A stretch of DNA of 64,000 nucleotides. Source: Eledone cirrhosa (taxonomy: Eukaryota). Positions within the stretch are counted from its first letter, which is position 1. Each line of letters begins with the position of its first letter. The stretch is taken from contig OZ024741.1 in assembly GCA_964016885.1 (NCBI GenBank), positions 46,500,001 to 46,564,000 on the forward strand, read 5' to 3'. Positions 14,656-29,777 of this stretch are shown here, piece after piece. Position numbers and translations under genes: made by a program. The notes below the pieces were generated by a model. The model was given only the letters and a program-made list of their open reading frames with translations. It had not been told where the DNA came from and made no database searches.

Positions 14656-15204
14656 GCTGTTGTTGCTGTTGTTGCTGTTGTTGTTGTTGCTGTTGTTGCT
14701 GTTGTTGTTGTTGTTGTTGTTGCTGTTGTTGCTGTTGTTGTTGTTGCTGTTGTTGTTGCTGTTGTTGTTGTTGTTGTCGTTGTTGTAGCTGTTGCTGTTG
14801 TTGTTGTTGCTGTTGTTGTTGTTGCTGTTGCTGTTGTTGTTGTTGCTGTTGTTGCTGTTGCTGTTGTTGCTGTTGCTGTTGTTGTTGTTGCTGTTGTTGT
14901 TGTTGCTGTTGTTGTTGTTACTGTTGCTGTTGTTGTTGTTGTGGCTGTTGCTGTTGTTGTTGTTGCTGTTGTTGTTGTTGCTGTTTTTGTTGTTGCTGTT
15001 GCTGTTGTTGTTGTTGCTGTTGCTGTTTTTGTTGTTGCTGTTGTTGTTGTTGCTGTTGCTGTTGTTGCTGTTGCTGTTGTTGCTGTTGCTGTTCTTGCTG
15101 TTGTTGTTCTTGCTGTTGCTGTTGCTGTTGTTGCTGTTACTGTTGCTGCTGTTCCTGTCGTTTCTTGTTGCTGTTGTTTTTGTTGTTGTTGTTGCTGTTG
15201 TTGC

Positions 15205-15256
<52 letters not shown>

Positions 15257-15456
15257 GCTGTTGTTACTGTTGTTACTGTTGTTACTGTTGCTGTTGTTGT
15301 TGTTGTTGTTGTTGTTGCTGTTGTTGCAGTTGTTGCTGTTGTTGTTGTTGTTGTTGTTGTTGTTGCTGTTGTTGTTGTTGCTGTTGTTGTTGCTGTTGCT
15401 GTTGTTGTTGTTGCTGTTGTTGTTGCTGTTGTTGTTATTGTTGTCGTTGTTATTGC

Positions 15457-15490
<34 letters not shown>

Positions 15491-15600
15491 GCTGTCGTTG
15501 CTGTTGTTGCTGTTGTTGCTGTTGTTGCTGTTGTTGCTGTTGTTGTTGTTGTTGTTGCTGTTGCTGCTGTTGTTGCTGTTGTTGTTGTTGCTGGTGTTGC

Positions 15601-15636
<36 letters not shown>

Positions 15637-15637
15637 C

Positions 15638-15670
<33 letters not shown>

Positions 15671-15712
15671 GTTGTTGCTGCTGCTCCTGTTGTTGTTTCT
15701 GCTGCTGCTGCA
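10100..15712. repeat. (GTT/GCT)n trinucleotide array with internal ~2.2-kb duplication
   Basis: Direct; rare markers (gttcctgtcg, gttgtagctg) recur in the same order ~2.15-2.2 kb apart; poly-L/V/C ORFs are artefacts. Confidence 0.95.
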
Positions 15713-16659
15713 GATTCTGCTGTTCAGTATCCTGTTTGTATTCTAGTGTTTATTTTTCCAGTATTTTACGGTTTATCATTTCGTTGTTCTACACGTGGTG
15801 TTAACTGTATCGCTCGTGTTTATATCCTCAATATTTTTCTTTTCCATCTTGGGTTTTCTTCGTTATTTGTGTTTTTGTTTTGTATTCGTTCCTTCAAGAC
15901 TTTCTTTCTTTGATATCAGCCCCCACCCTTTCGAATGTTATCTTCTTAAATCAGCTAAATATGTTGGGAATCAAAGTTACTTTCAGATGAGACGTTTTGT
16001 TTTTTCACAAATTTATATACGAACTTATGGTGATGGTCTCGCAGTTAAATATGCATGTAGTCTAGAAAACTATTCCTCCCGTATTAATATAGGATTTTAC
16101 ATTTTTATTTCCGATATTTAAGTGATTACGTCTGCCCTAACTAGGATCAGCCGAAAATTTCATACGCTGGCCAATATACTCTCGTGGAATGACCAAATGA
16201 GGTTTATTTTTCAACATATTCCCCAGAAAGAAACAATGCAAAGGTTGAAATTAATGCATGCAAGATTTCACATCTCTAGCTTCACTCCTTCGTAGTCAGT
16301 CTATGAACTTTTATATATACATATATGTATATATAAACTTACATATATATATACATATATATATTTATATGCTTTTTTTTACCTGTTCCAGCAATCCGGC
16401 TGAGGCCGTGCTGGGGTCCGCCCTTGTTGCTACGCGTGTGTTGTCTGCCCCTTGGTGTAAGAGGAAGCTCATTGCTGCTGCCCTTAGGTTACCTTCGTAC
16501 CGTGCTGTGGGCTCATCCGGGATACCCTGCGTATCAGAGTGTCAAGATGTTTCTTGAAAACATCCATACCCACACCATGCAGATCTTTCAAATTCCTTCG
16601 TAGCTTGTTAAAGAGTTGAGGGATGTTGAATCCCAGGCTATTGAAATATCTACTCCTAA

Positions 16660-16718
<59 letters not shown>

Positions 16719-16800
16719 TTTATCCCGGGTTCAATCGGGGGTAACCACAGTAAGTAAGGTACTCAATACATAGCAAAGTATAAATATTTAATATAGAAAT

Positions 16801-16851
16801 GGTTTCTACAAGACTAAAACTGTTTCATTCGGGAGAAATCATCAGGACGCC
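16801..16851 (-). ncRNA. Degenerate type I hammerhead ribozyme in a Penelope-type terminal-repeat fragment
   Basis: Minus strand: ggcgtc CUGAUGA uuuc-uccc-gaau GAAA cag-uuuuaguc-uug UA gaaacc; helix I has mismatches. Confidence 0.55.
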
Positions 16852-17150
16852 GATTGTCCAAATTGTATGGTGGTATTTATACCTTTTCTGGTCATTGATT
16901 GATGGATTTATAAATATATTATAGGGTTAAATATACATATATATTATAGGGTTATATATATAAATGAAGGGCGGCTGAAAATTTCATAGGTTGACCCTCG
17001 TATATATTGCCTTTATTTTCGTCGGTTATCTGTTTTCGTTTCACTCCTTGATTATTATATCTGAATAGTTAGTCATGACTTTGTTGTGTTCCATGTTTGG
17101 TATATGTTTATATCTGTTTGCATGTTTAGGTGTAAGTATATTTCCCAGTA

Positions 17151-17490
17151 AGGCGACGATTTGGCAGTGTCGTTAGAATGCCGGGTAGAATGCTTTATAT
17201 TTGTTCTGGTTCTCTGCTCTCTGAGTTCAAATCCGCCGAGGTCAACTTTGCCTGTCTTCCTTTCGAGGTTGATAAAAAAAAGTCTAGTACTGGGGTCGGT
17301 TCATCCTCTATATCTCTTTCTCATTTCCTCTCTCTCACTTCCTATCTTTCTCTGGAAGAAATCTGCTGTACTCAGGCCTGGAGAGGGATGGGCTCCGCCA
17401 GGCTTGAAATACGCAAGAAATGCTGTATCTCAATACGGTGCCCCTACGACTCTATCAGGAATTACGGGATCATACACATACACACATATT
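17151..17490 (+). mobile_element. SINE family A plus (CT)-rich tail and shared 3' extension
   Basis: ggcagtgtcgttagaa A-box-like, ctgagttcaaatccgccgaggtcaactttgcc; same extension at 31714, 32546 and 42241. Confidence 0.7.
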
Positions 17491-17499
17491 TCTCAGTAT

Positions 17500-17750
17500 T
17501 GGCGGCGCGTATAGTGATAAGGGTGCTGGACTTACGATCATACTGCTGTGCGTTCGATTCCTGGGCTGGGTTCTCTGTTGTGTTCTTAAGCAAAACACTT
17601 CATTTCACGTTGCTCCAATATATTTAGCTGTAAAATGAGTACTGGCAATAGCTGAGAATTTAACCTTGCGATGGACTGATGCCATGTCTTGTATTCTTAG
17701 TCTCTTCTTACCACGGGAACCGGGATAAGCACCGGCTTGATGTGATTCCA
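17500..17750 (+). mobile_element. tRNA-derived SINE (second family)
   Basis: A-box-like ggcgcgtatagtgataag, B-box gttcgattcc, then gttgtgttcttaagcaaaacacttcatttcacgttgctcc central domain. Confidence 0.6.
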
Positions 17751-19095
17751 GGCTAGAGACAGACTTTAGATATTTCCCAGTAGACATAGCTGCCAATTTA
17801 ATTGTGTCCTCGAATATATTTGGAGTTAGCAAGAACTGAATATTTGAGAAATATAACTTTTCAATACATGTGTTTTCGTCAAAACTTACATTAAAACGTG
17901 TTTGATTTTATGTGCATCTTAGAAGATTTGCTTATAACTGCATAATAAACATCTACGTGTCATTGCGTAATAACCACCTACATGCCACTGCTTAATATAC
18001 ATCTGTATTTCACTGTGTACTAAATACAGGTAACTGTCATTGCGTGATAAATACTTATCATGTCACTGCATAATAATCATGTGTATGTCACTGTATAATG
18101 TGTTGCTTGTAATAGAAAGCAAAACAATTTTCCGATTTCTTACAAATTCGATTTTAAATAATAGAAGAAACGTATTTTATTTTAATTCGATTTTTTCCCA
18201 CATAAAAATGTAGATCAATGAATTTATATGGAAATTGCGTCCACATGATCAAATTGTATTTCTTTGAATGTTACAACACACACAACTCACCTCTATATCT
18301 ATATAATAGAATGTATTGAAGCAACCACGATAGGAACAACGTAAAAATGATAATGTAGTCGATCTATTTGCTAGAAGTAGCAGCCAAATCTTTCTAAAAT
18401 CACCACCTACCGTCAACAAAAAATGACTTCTACAATTTAGTTGGCTCGTGAATTTTATATAATTATTTCCTTAATTCTAGCATTGAGTTCATTTTTTTTA
18501 TCAGTTTCTAGATTGGTGGGATCGCTAAAACTCGAGTCGACATTTTTTTTTTTTTAAATTCTATTACACATTTTTATGTTCTCGATTCAAATTTCATCTA
18601 CTTCGAAACTTTCTGATCTATTGTCTATTTTGTATTGAATGTCTTTGGTCGATATTTTTTCATAATATATTTGAAAGTTCGTTGATGTTACAATATCATT
18701 CGGTGTTATATTTTATTCATTGATATGTCTCTATAAAATATCTTTATATATTATTCAAACACAATGGTCACCCGAAATAATCACTCAGGTTTCAGGAAGA
18801 GTTTTCATCTGCATGCTATCCCTAACGTCACACAAAATTGTAGGGGTTTTTTTGTTTTGTTTTTTTTTTGTTTTTTTGTAACTTAACGGGTATAATTTAA
18901 TATTTGTCTTTCGTCTCTTATTCCTTTGGAGAGCGTTTGGCTTATGTCAGACGCTGTGACCCCGGATGGACCGGCAGTGCCATTGGTAGGGGTCGAAACT
19001 GCCAAAGTCCATCTCAATGGCCGATGACTCTGGAGTTCTGTGTCTTTCGTTTGTATTTCTTTTTTCAAAAATTAATTTTGTTAAGGTTTTCCCTT

Positions 19096-19158
<63 letters not shown>

Positions 19159-19299
19159 TATATTCTCTACCCTGTCACCACCTTAACATGCCAACCATAC
19201 CCTCCAAACACACATACAACACCCATACACACACAACTCCCTTTACAATTTCTACTAATGGAATCATTTTTCTACACACACACACACATCACCACACAT

Positions 19300-20070
19300 C
19301 ACCACACAAATAAAAAGTATATATCTCTCTTTTCTTTATTTCAATAGAAAGTCTGAATTTTGACACCTCAGCACATCAGCAGACTCACTGAACCAGAACA
19401 ATTCTCCCCATCCCTTTTTTCTTGACCATTATCTTTTGTTTGGCACAAAACTCTCTATGACAAATCATGTAACTGTGAAAACGGCTACAAAGAACCCCCA
19501 AATACGAACTGGCGCGAAATTTAATGTACTTATTCACGTGACAGTCATAACCAATCAAATTACATTTATAAAAAACATTTTTGAGCCACTTTTTTATGTG
19601 AAAATGACAATAAGAACCCTCAAACACGAACTGGCGCGAAAGTTGGTGTGCTTATTCACGTGACTGCACCAACCTACCAAATTTCACTCATATATGAAAA
19701 AACAATCTGAGACCCCCCCCCCCCCCCCTCTTTTTTTTAAAAGGCAAACAATAAGAACTTTGTAACGTGAACTGGGGCGCGAAATTTATTTTACTTATTC
19801 ACGTGACAGTCATCATCTAACCAAATTACTTTCCTAAAAAGAACTACCATTTCGAGCCACTTTTTTCCACTTAAAACAGAAGTAACATTCGAACACCAAC
19901 CACAAACCATCTCAATTCTACTTTTAACAAGCATAAGAACTGTGACACCGGTAAAGGAAACAAATAAATATTCTTTAAAAGACTCCGGTTGCATTTTCGA
20001 TTTCTTTTCCTTATACTTTCACTCGTATAGGACATCTAGTCATTTTTTTTTTTTTTATTTAAAAAAAAAC

Positions 20071-20073
<3 letters not shown>
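19300..20073 (+). repeat. Penelope-type terminal repeat with three ~120-140-bp subrepeats and a decayed hammerhead
   Basis: gaactggcgcgaaa...ttattcacgtgac three times; 19900-20073 is similar to 60185-60380. Confidence 0.5.
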
Positions 20074-20113
<40 letters not shown>

Positions 20114-20229
20114 TCCAGAGTATGCAGGTCTACTTGTATACTTCGTTGAGTGGTTTATTATACATACAATAGTGTCGGTGATTAACTAACACATATGTTA
20201 TCAAATAAATATATGTGTGTGTGTATATA

Positions 20230-20301
<72 letters not shown>

Positions 20302-20690
20302 AACGGTTGATGACCATGGAATTCTGTGTCTTTCATTTGTATATTTCATATTTTAAATTATTTTTTAAGGTTTCCCCTTAAAAAATTATTTTTCGTTTTG
20401 TTTTTGTTCGTTGTCTTGTCCTTCTTTGTTAATTTTCTTAAGTTTATTTACTACGAGATTTAGTCGATAATATTGACCCCAGTACATACTAGTTTGAAGT
20501 CTCGTACTTAATCTACCGATTTCTTTTTATCGAAACTCTAACTTACATGATACAAACAAATAGTAAACGTAAACACAGGCACATACATACATACATACAT
20601 ACATACATACATACATACATACATACATACATACATACATACATACATACATACATACATACATACATACATACATACATACATACATAC

Positions 20691-21230
20691 GAACGCACTT
20701 CGGAAAACAAAATTAACAACAAACGAGGAAGAATATATTGAGACAGATGGCACTAAGGAATACTGGTGGAACCTGAAAATAAAAACTGCCACCAAATTAA
20801 AGCACAACCGGCCTGATATTGTAGTTTGGGACCACACATTGAAAACGTGTTCTGTTGTGGAGATCAGCTGCCCACTTGATGTAAACGTTGTCAGAAAAAT
20901 ACAGGAGAAGGAGGACATCTACGGACCATTGATGAGGAGTTTACAAATCCAGTATCCAAGATACACCTTTAGCTTCATACCCATCATTATTGGTGCTACG
21001 GGTTATAGACCAACCCGCTTGGACCAAAGTATGACTGAACTTGGATTTGTGGACAAAAAGCGCAGCTCCCTAATTCATAGTCTACAAATGGCTGCGATAG
21101 CTGGCACCTTCAAAATTTGCAAAACATTCTTGCGATTCAAGGGATGACAATTTCTTTTCTTTTACAACCTTGCCACCAGGAAGGTGGCCGGTCAAAAAAA
21201 TATACTTGAAATTAAGAGAAAGAGAAAACA
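20691..21230 (+). mobile_element. 3' fragment of R4/Dong-like non-LTR retrotransposon (RLE domain), divergent subfamily
   Basis: EYWWNL..KHNRPDIVVWD..CSVVEISCP..KEDIY PD-(D/E)xK-type endonuclease; flanked by (ACAT)n at 20581-20690 and 21233-21376. Confidence 0.85.
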
Positions 21231-21346
21231 AACATACATACATACAAACATACATACATACATACATACAAACATACATACATACAAACATACATACATA
21301 CATACATACATACATACATACATACATACATACATACATACATACA

Positions 21347-21376
<30 letters not shown>

Positions 21377-21377
<1 letters not shown>

Positions 21378-22872
21378 GAGAACATATCCTATAATGGTAT
21401 CTGTAATAAAGAACGCGTAATCAGGGAATACTACACCCGATTAAGAAAGATCTGGTCATCGGAACTCTCGGCGCAAAACAAAACAGTGTCTCACAATGTG
21501 TTTGCTGTGCCTGTCCTAACACCAACGTTTGGAATACTCAATTGGACGATAGACGAAATCCGAGCAGTTGATGTTGGAACTCCAAAAGTACTAAACAACA
21601 CCGAAAACTTGCACATCAACAGAGACATAGACCGCCTTTACTTGAAACGTAAGCAGGGAGGCAGAGGCCTAACATCAGTCCAGACAACATTTGAATGTCG
21701 CATCATATCCCTCCGACAACATCTAACAGATAAGATCATGAGAGTTAGGAAGGAACTCCTCGAGAGATATTCCCTGTGTGATAATCAAAAACTCACACCC
21801 AGGGAAGTCGCTCAGCAGTATCGCAGTGAATCCATGGATGAAAAACTGCATGCCTATCAGCAAAAAATCATGCATGGATATGTTTCCAGGAAGCTCCAGA
21901 GTGAGAGTAATATAGATAAGGAAAGTAGTCTATCTTGGACCAACAACCGCTATATTGGCTCCCACTTTGAATGATACACTTTTGCAATCCAAGAACAGGA
22001 GATTAACACGAAATACATGATTCACAAAAGATATAGGGATGCAGGCAAAACACCTAGATGTGATAACAAGTGCAGACTCTGCAGAACTAACATCGAGGAT
22101 ATCACCCATGTCACCAGCAGCTGTCCAAAGATCTCATCGCGGTACTATCTACCTATGAGGCATAATGTAGTGGCCAAAACACTGTACAATGCAGTTCGTG
22201 AAAAAAATAGCCCCGATAATAAACACATTAAAAGCTACAGCAATTTGGAAGACATACATATACATAATATGAAAGAGTACTGGTGGAATGTTCCAGTAAA
22301 AACCCCAATAAAATGTAGGCATAACAGACCAGATATTATGATATGGGACAGGGAAAAGAAGGCATGCACCGTAGTGGAAATTGGCTGTCCAGCAGATGCC
22401 AATATAATATCAAAGATTAGTGAAAAGGAGAATATTTATGCAGAACTGATGAGAAATCTGCAGATACTCCACCCTGATTACACCTGTTATTATTGAGGCA
22501 CTGGGGTATGTTAGTAACTGCCTCAATACAAATCTTGAGTAGCTAGGCTTCACAGGAACAGAAAGAACACAACTAGTTAGGAAATTACAAGTACAATCCA
22601 TTAATGGAACAGTCAAAATATGTAAAACATTCCAAAACATTTGCATCTAATAACTGCATATACACATGTACAGATACAAAGCACATGCACATATACAACT
22701 CAAAACATACACATCCACACATACAATAACATCCATATCTACACATGCAGACATGCATACATATCTACCTAGTTGATGTTGTGTAAATTCCAATGAGAGA
22801 GTCCTGTAACTATGTTAGAAACCGGCTCTCTCTCTATTGGCAAAAATTTGTGAAATTATAAAACCAGAAGAA
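21377..22872 (+). mobile_element. 5'-truncated R4/Dong-like LINE (end of RT, CCHC knuckle, RLE), disrupted
   Basis: RLYLKRKQGGRGL; CRLCRTNIEDITHVTSSC; RHN; RPDIMIWD..VEIGCP; in-frame stops; ends in (ACAT)n. Confidence 0.9.
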
Positions 22873-22959
22873 CATACATACATACATACATACATACATA
22901 CATACATACATACATACATACATACATACATACATACATACATACATACATACATAGAC

Positions 22960-24088
22960 CTTGCATGATAATCAAAAACTCACACCCAGGGAAATTGGCC
23001 AGCAATACCGCAGCGAGTCCATGGATGAAAGAAACACTGCATGCTTATCAGCAAAAAATCATGCATGGATATGTTGCCAGGAAACTCCAGAGTGAGAGTA
23101 ATATAGATGAGGAAAATAGTCTATCTTGGACCAATAACCGCTATATTGGCTCCCACTTTAAAAGGATACGCTTTTGCAATCCAAGAACAGGAAATCAACA
23201 CAAAATACCTGATTCACAAAAGAGATAGGGATGCAGGCAAAACACCAAGATGTGACAAGTGCAGATTCTGCAGAATTAACATGGAAGATGTCACCCATGT
23301 CATAAGTAGCTGTCCAAAAATGTCTTCACTGTACTATTTAACTGTGAGGCATGATGTGGTGGCCCAAACACTATTACAATGAATTCCGTAGAAAAGATAG
23401 CCCCGATAATAAACACATTAAAAGTTACAGCAATGTGGAAGACATCCATGTACATAATATGAAAGAGTACTGGTGGAATGTTCCAGTAAAAACCCCAATA
23501 GAATGTAGGCATAACAGACCAGATATGATATGGGACAGGGAAAAGAAGGCATGTACACTAGTGGGAATTAGCTGCCCAGCCGATGCCAATATAATATCAA
23601 AGATTAGTGAAAAGGAGAATATTTATGCGGAACTAATGCGAGATCTGCAGATACTCCACCCTTATTACACCTTCAGATTTATGCCTGTGATTATTGGGGC
23701 ACCGGGGTATGTTAGTAACTGCCTCAATACAAATCTTGAGAAGCTAGGCTTCACAGAAACAGAAAGGACACAACTAGTTAGGAAATTACAAGTACAATCC
23801 ATTAATGGAACAGTAAAAATATGTAAAACATTCCAAAAATGTCTGCATCTAATAACTTCATATACTCATGTACAGATACAAAGCATATACACATGCACAC
23901 ATACAACTCAAAACATCCACATCCACAAATACAATAACATCCATATCTACACATGCATGCATACAGACATGCATACATATCTACCTGGTTGATGTGTAAA
24001 TTCCACTGAGAGAGTATTGTGTTTATGTTAGAAACCGACTCCCACTCTATTGATAAAAATTTGTGAAATTATAAAACCAGAAAGAGAA
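22960..24088 (+). mobile_element. 5'-truncated R4/Dong-like LINE copy, frameshifted
   Basis: Same CCHC + RLE region and 3' UTR as the neighbouring copies. Confidence 0.9.
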
Positions 24089-24099
24089 GCATACATACA

Positions 24100-27000
24100 G
24101 TCAACGCGATCAGTCGCATATTTTGGCGTGGGAGACTATTAATTAAATTTAAGATGAATACTATCTCCTACAGTAATGCCACAGCTACAGCCAGGTTGAA
24201 TAACTGGTTATTCTTCTAACTATATCTTCTGAAGACACTTTTTATTCGAATTCGTTGAGATATCGGACTAAATACGTAATTCGTTTTACAAGGATGTGCT
24301 ACAAACAGCATGGCTGAACACAACATCAACAACAAAATTAAGGAAGTATCGAAGACGAATAACAAGGAAGGTAAACAAACTTTATTCAGATGTAGATACA
24401 GAAGAAACCGAAATTATAAATCGCATTTCTCTTGGAGTTGCGAACTTAATAATGATTTATTTAATTGTTATAAAATGGCAAAAAAACAATCCCTCCATTG
24501 GCTACATGAACAGAATGAAGCTACACTGGGACGAAATACACCCAGAGCGAAATTATTTCACAGCGAAACAATTACGCCAACAAGCGACGTTTGTTGAACG
24601 TAAAAATAAGATAAATATTATTAATTGTAAGTCCCCCACAACAAACATGGGATCAACAACACGTGCTACAGGTCGCCATGCTACTAGACTTCCTAGCAGC
24701 CAGGTCGAACAGCGCCTTGAAACAACTATGCCTGTAAGAAACTTGAAACCACTTGTACCATCTAAGTCTACCTCGAATGCTGGGGAAAACACTATCGATA
24801 ATAATAATAATCGAAGAAATAATAATAATAATCGAAGAAATTTGACACTACGTGTACCTTCCGCGTCTACCTCGACTATTGTGGAAAATACTATCGATAA
24901 TGATAATAATCAAAAGTATAAACAATTGAAAATTTCCCTCAACGAAATCTTCCAGAGAGAAATTAATTCATGTATAAATATCTCTCTTGCTGAAGGTATT
25001 AAAACGACAATGTTTAATAAAACAAAAAAAATCAAAAAAATTAAAATAATGAAATATTACGTGTTATTGACGAAATAGAGGATGAATATTTACGACGGAT
25101 AAAAACCCCAACATTTTGGCAAATCAACGCCTGTTTATATGCCTTATCAACGACAGTGAAGCATTATCTTGGTGATAGCAGAGATATTAACAAGAACAAA
25201 ACACCACCAAAAATACCATCATATATGACTAAAATAGAAAAAAAGATTGCTGACCTACGAAAAACGATAGGATATGTGACAATGCTCCTTACATGCAAAC
25301 AAACACAAAAAACCTCACTCCTCACCAACAAAGAGTGAAAAATAAAATAGAGGCGATGTTTGGTAACAGTAGAACCAGAACTCTTCAATATTAGCTGATC
25401 ACCCTCAAACAAGAATTGAGAGCTGTTAGCGAAAAACGCCGATACCTGAAGAAGGTAGATGAGAGAAAAGTGCTTAATAAAAGATTCAGAAGAAACCAAA
25501 CATCAGTCTATAGAGATATGAAGAACAAAATAATAAGTGTCTCTGAGGCCCCATCCCAGAAAGACATAGATTCCTTTTGGAGCAAAATATGGGGTGAAAA
25601 GAAGAATTTCAACCAAGATGCAGTGTGGCTAAAAGAAATCCGAAAGAACTATTGCTTCTACACTACAACAAAAACATACGAAATAAGTGAGGGTACCCTT
25701 GAGACTGTGATAGGAAAACTCAAGATAAGAAAACACCAGGAAGAGACATGATTGTCGGCTACTGGTACAAAAAAACTGATATTCTATCGGAGGTATCTTA
25801 CTGACCTCTACCAACAAGTTCTTAAGGGAGATACACTTATACCAGAATGGTTGACATTAGCACAAACATTACTGGTCCCCAAGAACAAAGACACCCACTT
25901 GGCAAAAAAACTACCGACCCATTGCATGCCAGAACCTGATGTATAAGATGTATACAGCCTGCCTGAACCTATTCCTCCAAGATCACTGTGAAAATAATAA
26001 CATCATCACAGATGAACAAGCTGCTGGAAAGAAAGGGGTTTGGGGATGTGCTGAACAACTCTTAATCAACAAAACTGCGATGTCGGAGGTCAGTCAACTT
26101 AGGAGTAATATGGCTACAGTCTGGCTGGACTACAGGAAAGCTTCCGATTCTGTTCTCCACTCTTGGATGATAGAGGCCCTCCAACTTGCTAAAGTCCCAA
26201 ACATTATTGTCAGAGCCATAGAGAAGCTGTCTTCTTCTTGTGCTACTATCCTAAGGTTAAAGACAGAGAGGGAGGACTCTATTTTCACTGATAAAATAAA
26301 ATATCACAGGGGTACATTTCAGGGAGACAGTCACTCTGTGATATTATTCATCTTGTCATTAAACCCCTTGTCCTTTCTGCTCAAGAAATGTGAGGGATAC
26401 ATCATTGTTTCACAGGAGGACAGAAATACGAAGCTAACCCATAATTTCTTTGTGGATGATCTGAAACTCTATGCCAAAAACATGGATGGGATGAAGAAAA
26501 ATCTTGAGCTGGTTACAACGTTCTCAAAGGATATAGGAATGGAGTTTGGCCAAGATAAATGCTCATACATGATTGTAAAGCGGGGGAAAACAACAACCCA
26601 ATCTAGCAACATTGTCTTCAATGGCCTAACTGTTTCACCGATATTTGATGAAGACTGCTACAGATACCTGGGGATAGAAGAGAACATATCCTATAATGGT
26701 CTCTGTAATAAGGAACGCGTACCCAGGGAATACTACACCCGATTAAGAAAGATTTGGTCATCGGAACTCTCTGCGCAAAACAAAACAGTGGCTCACAATG
26801 TGTTTGCTGTGCCTTTCACAACACCAACGTTTGGAATACTCAATTGGACGATAGACGAAATCCGAGAAGTTGAAAAATACTAAACAACACCGGAAACTTC
26901 CATATCACACAGCGACATAGACCGCCTTTACTTGAAACGTAAGCAGGTGGGCAGAGTCCAGACAACATTTAAATGTCACATCATATCCCTCCGATAACAT

Positions 27001-28203
27001 CTACAAACCTCGAAGCGCGTCTCTCGAGCAAGTCTATCTGCATGAAACGGATAAGATCATGAGAGTTGGGAAGGATCTCCTTGAGAGATATTCCCTGTGT
27101 GATAATCAAAAACTCACACCGAGGCAAGTCGCTCAGCAGTATCGCAGTGAATCCATGGATGAAAAACTGCATGCTTATCAGCAAAAAATCATGCATCAAT
27201 ATGTTGCCAAGAACCTCCAGAGTGAGAGTAATATAGATAAAGAAAGTAGTCTAGCTTGGACCAACAACCGCTATATGGGATCCCATTTTGAAGGATACGC
27301 TTTTGCAATCCAAGAACAGGAGATTAACACAAAATACCTGATTCACAAAAGAGTTAGGGATGCAGGCAAAACACCTAGATGTGATAACAAGTGCAGACTC
27401 TGCAGAACTAACACCGAGGATATCACCCATGTCATCAGCAGCTGACCAAAAATGTCATCGCGGTACTATCTACCTATGAGGCATGATGTAGTGGCCAAAA
27501 CACTGTACAATGCAGTCCGTAAAAAAGATAGCCCCGATAATAAACACATTAAAAGCTACAGCAATGTGGAGGACATCCACGTACATAATATGAAAGAGTA
27601 CTGGTGGAATGTTCCAGTAAAAACCCCAATAAAATGCAGGCATAACAGACCAGATATTATGATATGGGACAGGGAAAAGAAGGCATGCACCGTAGTGGAA
27701 ATTGGCAGCCCAGCAGATGCCAATATAATATCAAAGATTAGTGAAAAAGAGAATATTTATGCAGAACTGATGAGAAATCTGCAGATACTCCACCTTGATT
27801 ACACCTGTTATTATTGAGGCACTGGGATATGTTAGTAACTGCCTCAATACAAATCTTGAGAAGCTAGGCTTCACAGGAACAGAAAGAACACAACTAGTTA
27901 GGTACAATCCAGTAAAATCAAGTACAATCCAGTAAAAATATGTAAAACATTCCAAATATTTTGCATCTAATAACTGCATATACACATGTACAGATACAAA
28001 GCATATATACACATGCACACATACAACTCAAAACATACACATCCACACATACAATAACATCCATATCTACAAATGCATGCATACATACATATCTACCTAG
28101 TTGATGTTGTGTAAATTCCAATGAGAGAGTATTGTGTCTATGTCAGAAACCGACTCTCTCTCTCTATTGGGAAAAACATTGTGAAATTATAAAACCAAAA
28201 GAA
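24100..28203 (+). mobile_element. Near full-length R4/Dong-like LINE, pseudogenised
   Basis: N-terminal GYMNRMKLHWDE..AKQLRQQ; RT motifs WLDYRKASDS, RGTFQGDS, FVDDLKLY, YRYLG; CCHC; RLE; many frameshifts and stops; bounded by catacatac on both sides. Confidence 0.92.
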
Positions 28204-28211
28204 CATACATA

Positions 28212-28362
28212 CGGCAGGCTTCTATCCAGTTTCTTCCTTCAACCAACTTCCACGCACGAAGCAATGAGTAACTCGTGGCTATAGCAGAAGACACCTGTAA
28301 CAGAACTGAACTTGAAACCACGTAGTCACGAAGCCAACGCCTTAACCATACAGCTAGGCCTT
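28212..28362 (-). mobile_element. Degenerate tRNA-derived SINE
   Basis: ggctatagcagaagacacc...actgaac..gaaaccacg...cttaaccatacagc reads as a reversed tRNA-like head. Confidence 0.55.
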
Positions 28363-28448
28363 CTCCGACGCCTTTGGTATTCTTTACCGTTTTCATGTTG
28401 GCGCTAAATACCTTACATTCCATGTCGCTAAATAAAGATGTCTTCGTG

Positions 28449-28530
<82 letters not shown>

Positions 28531-28595
28531 GTATATATATATATACATATATATGTATATGTATATACATATATATATGTGTATATATATATATG

Positions 28596-29625
<1,030 letters not shown>

Positions 29626-29630
29626 TGGAT

Positions 29631-29694
<64 letters not shown>

Positions 29695-29695
29695 A

Positions 29696-29727
<32 letters not shown>

Positions 29728-29745
29728 TGTGTGTGTGTATATATA

Positions 29746-29777
<32 letters not shown>

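Noticed and set aside
9680-15913. Long poly-Leu/Val/Cys ORFs, or a minus-strand poly-Gln / Thr-Ala mucin- or antifreeze-like protein
   Set aside because: Trinucleotide repeats lack stops by composition; frames shift repeatedly; the poly-Gln frame has TAA/TAG stops and no linked start
16148-16996. Mariner-like element from TIR-like motifs at ~16150 and ~16967
   Set aside because: Both motifs are in the same orientation and degenerate, and no transposase was found
18950-19012. Hammerhead-like ctgtgacccc...ggggtcgaaac
   Set aside because: Core lacks CUGANGA; helices I and III not identifiable
22770-22870. Hammerhead in the R4-like 3' UTR (ttgatgt...gaaattata)
   Set aside because: Core is wrong in all three copies; better explained as a 3' stem-loop
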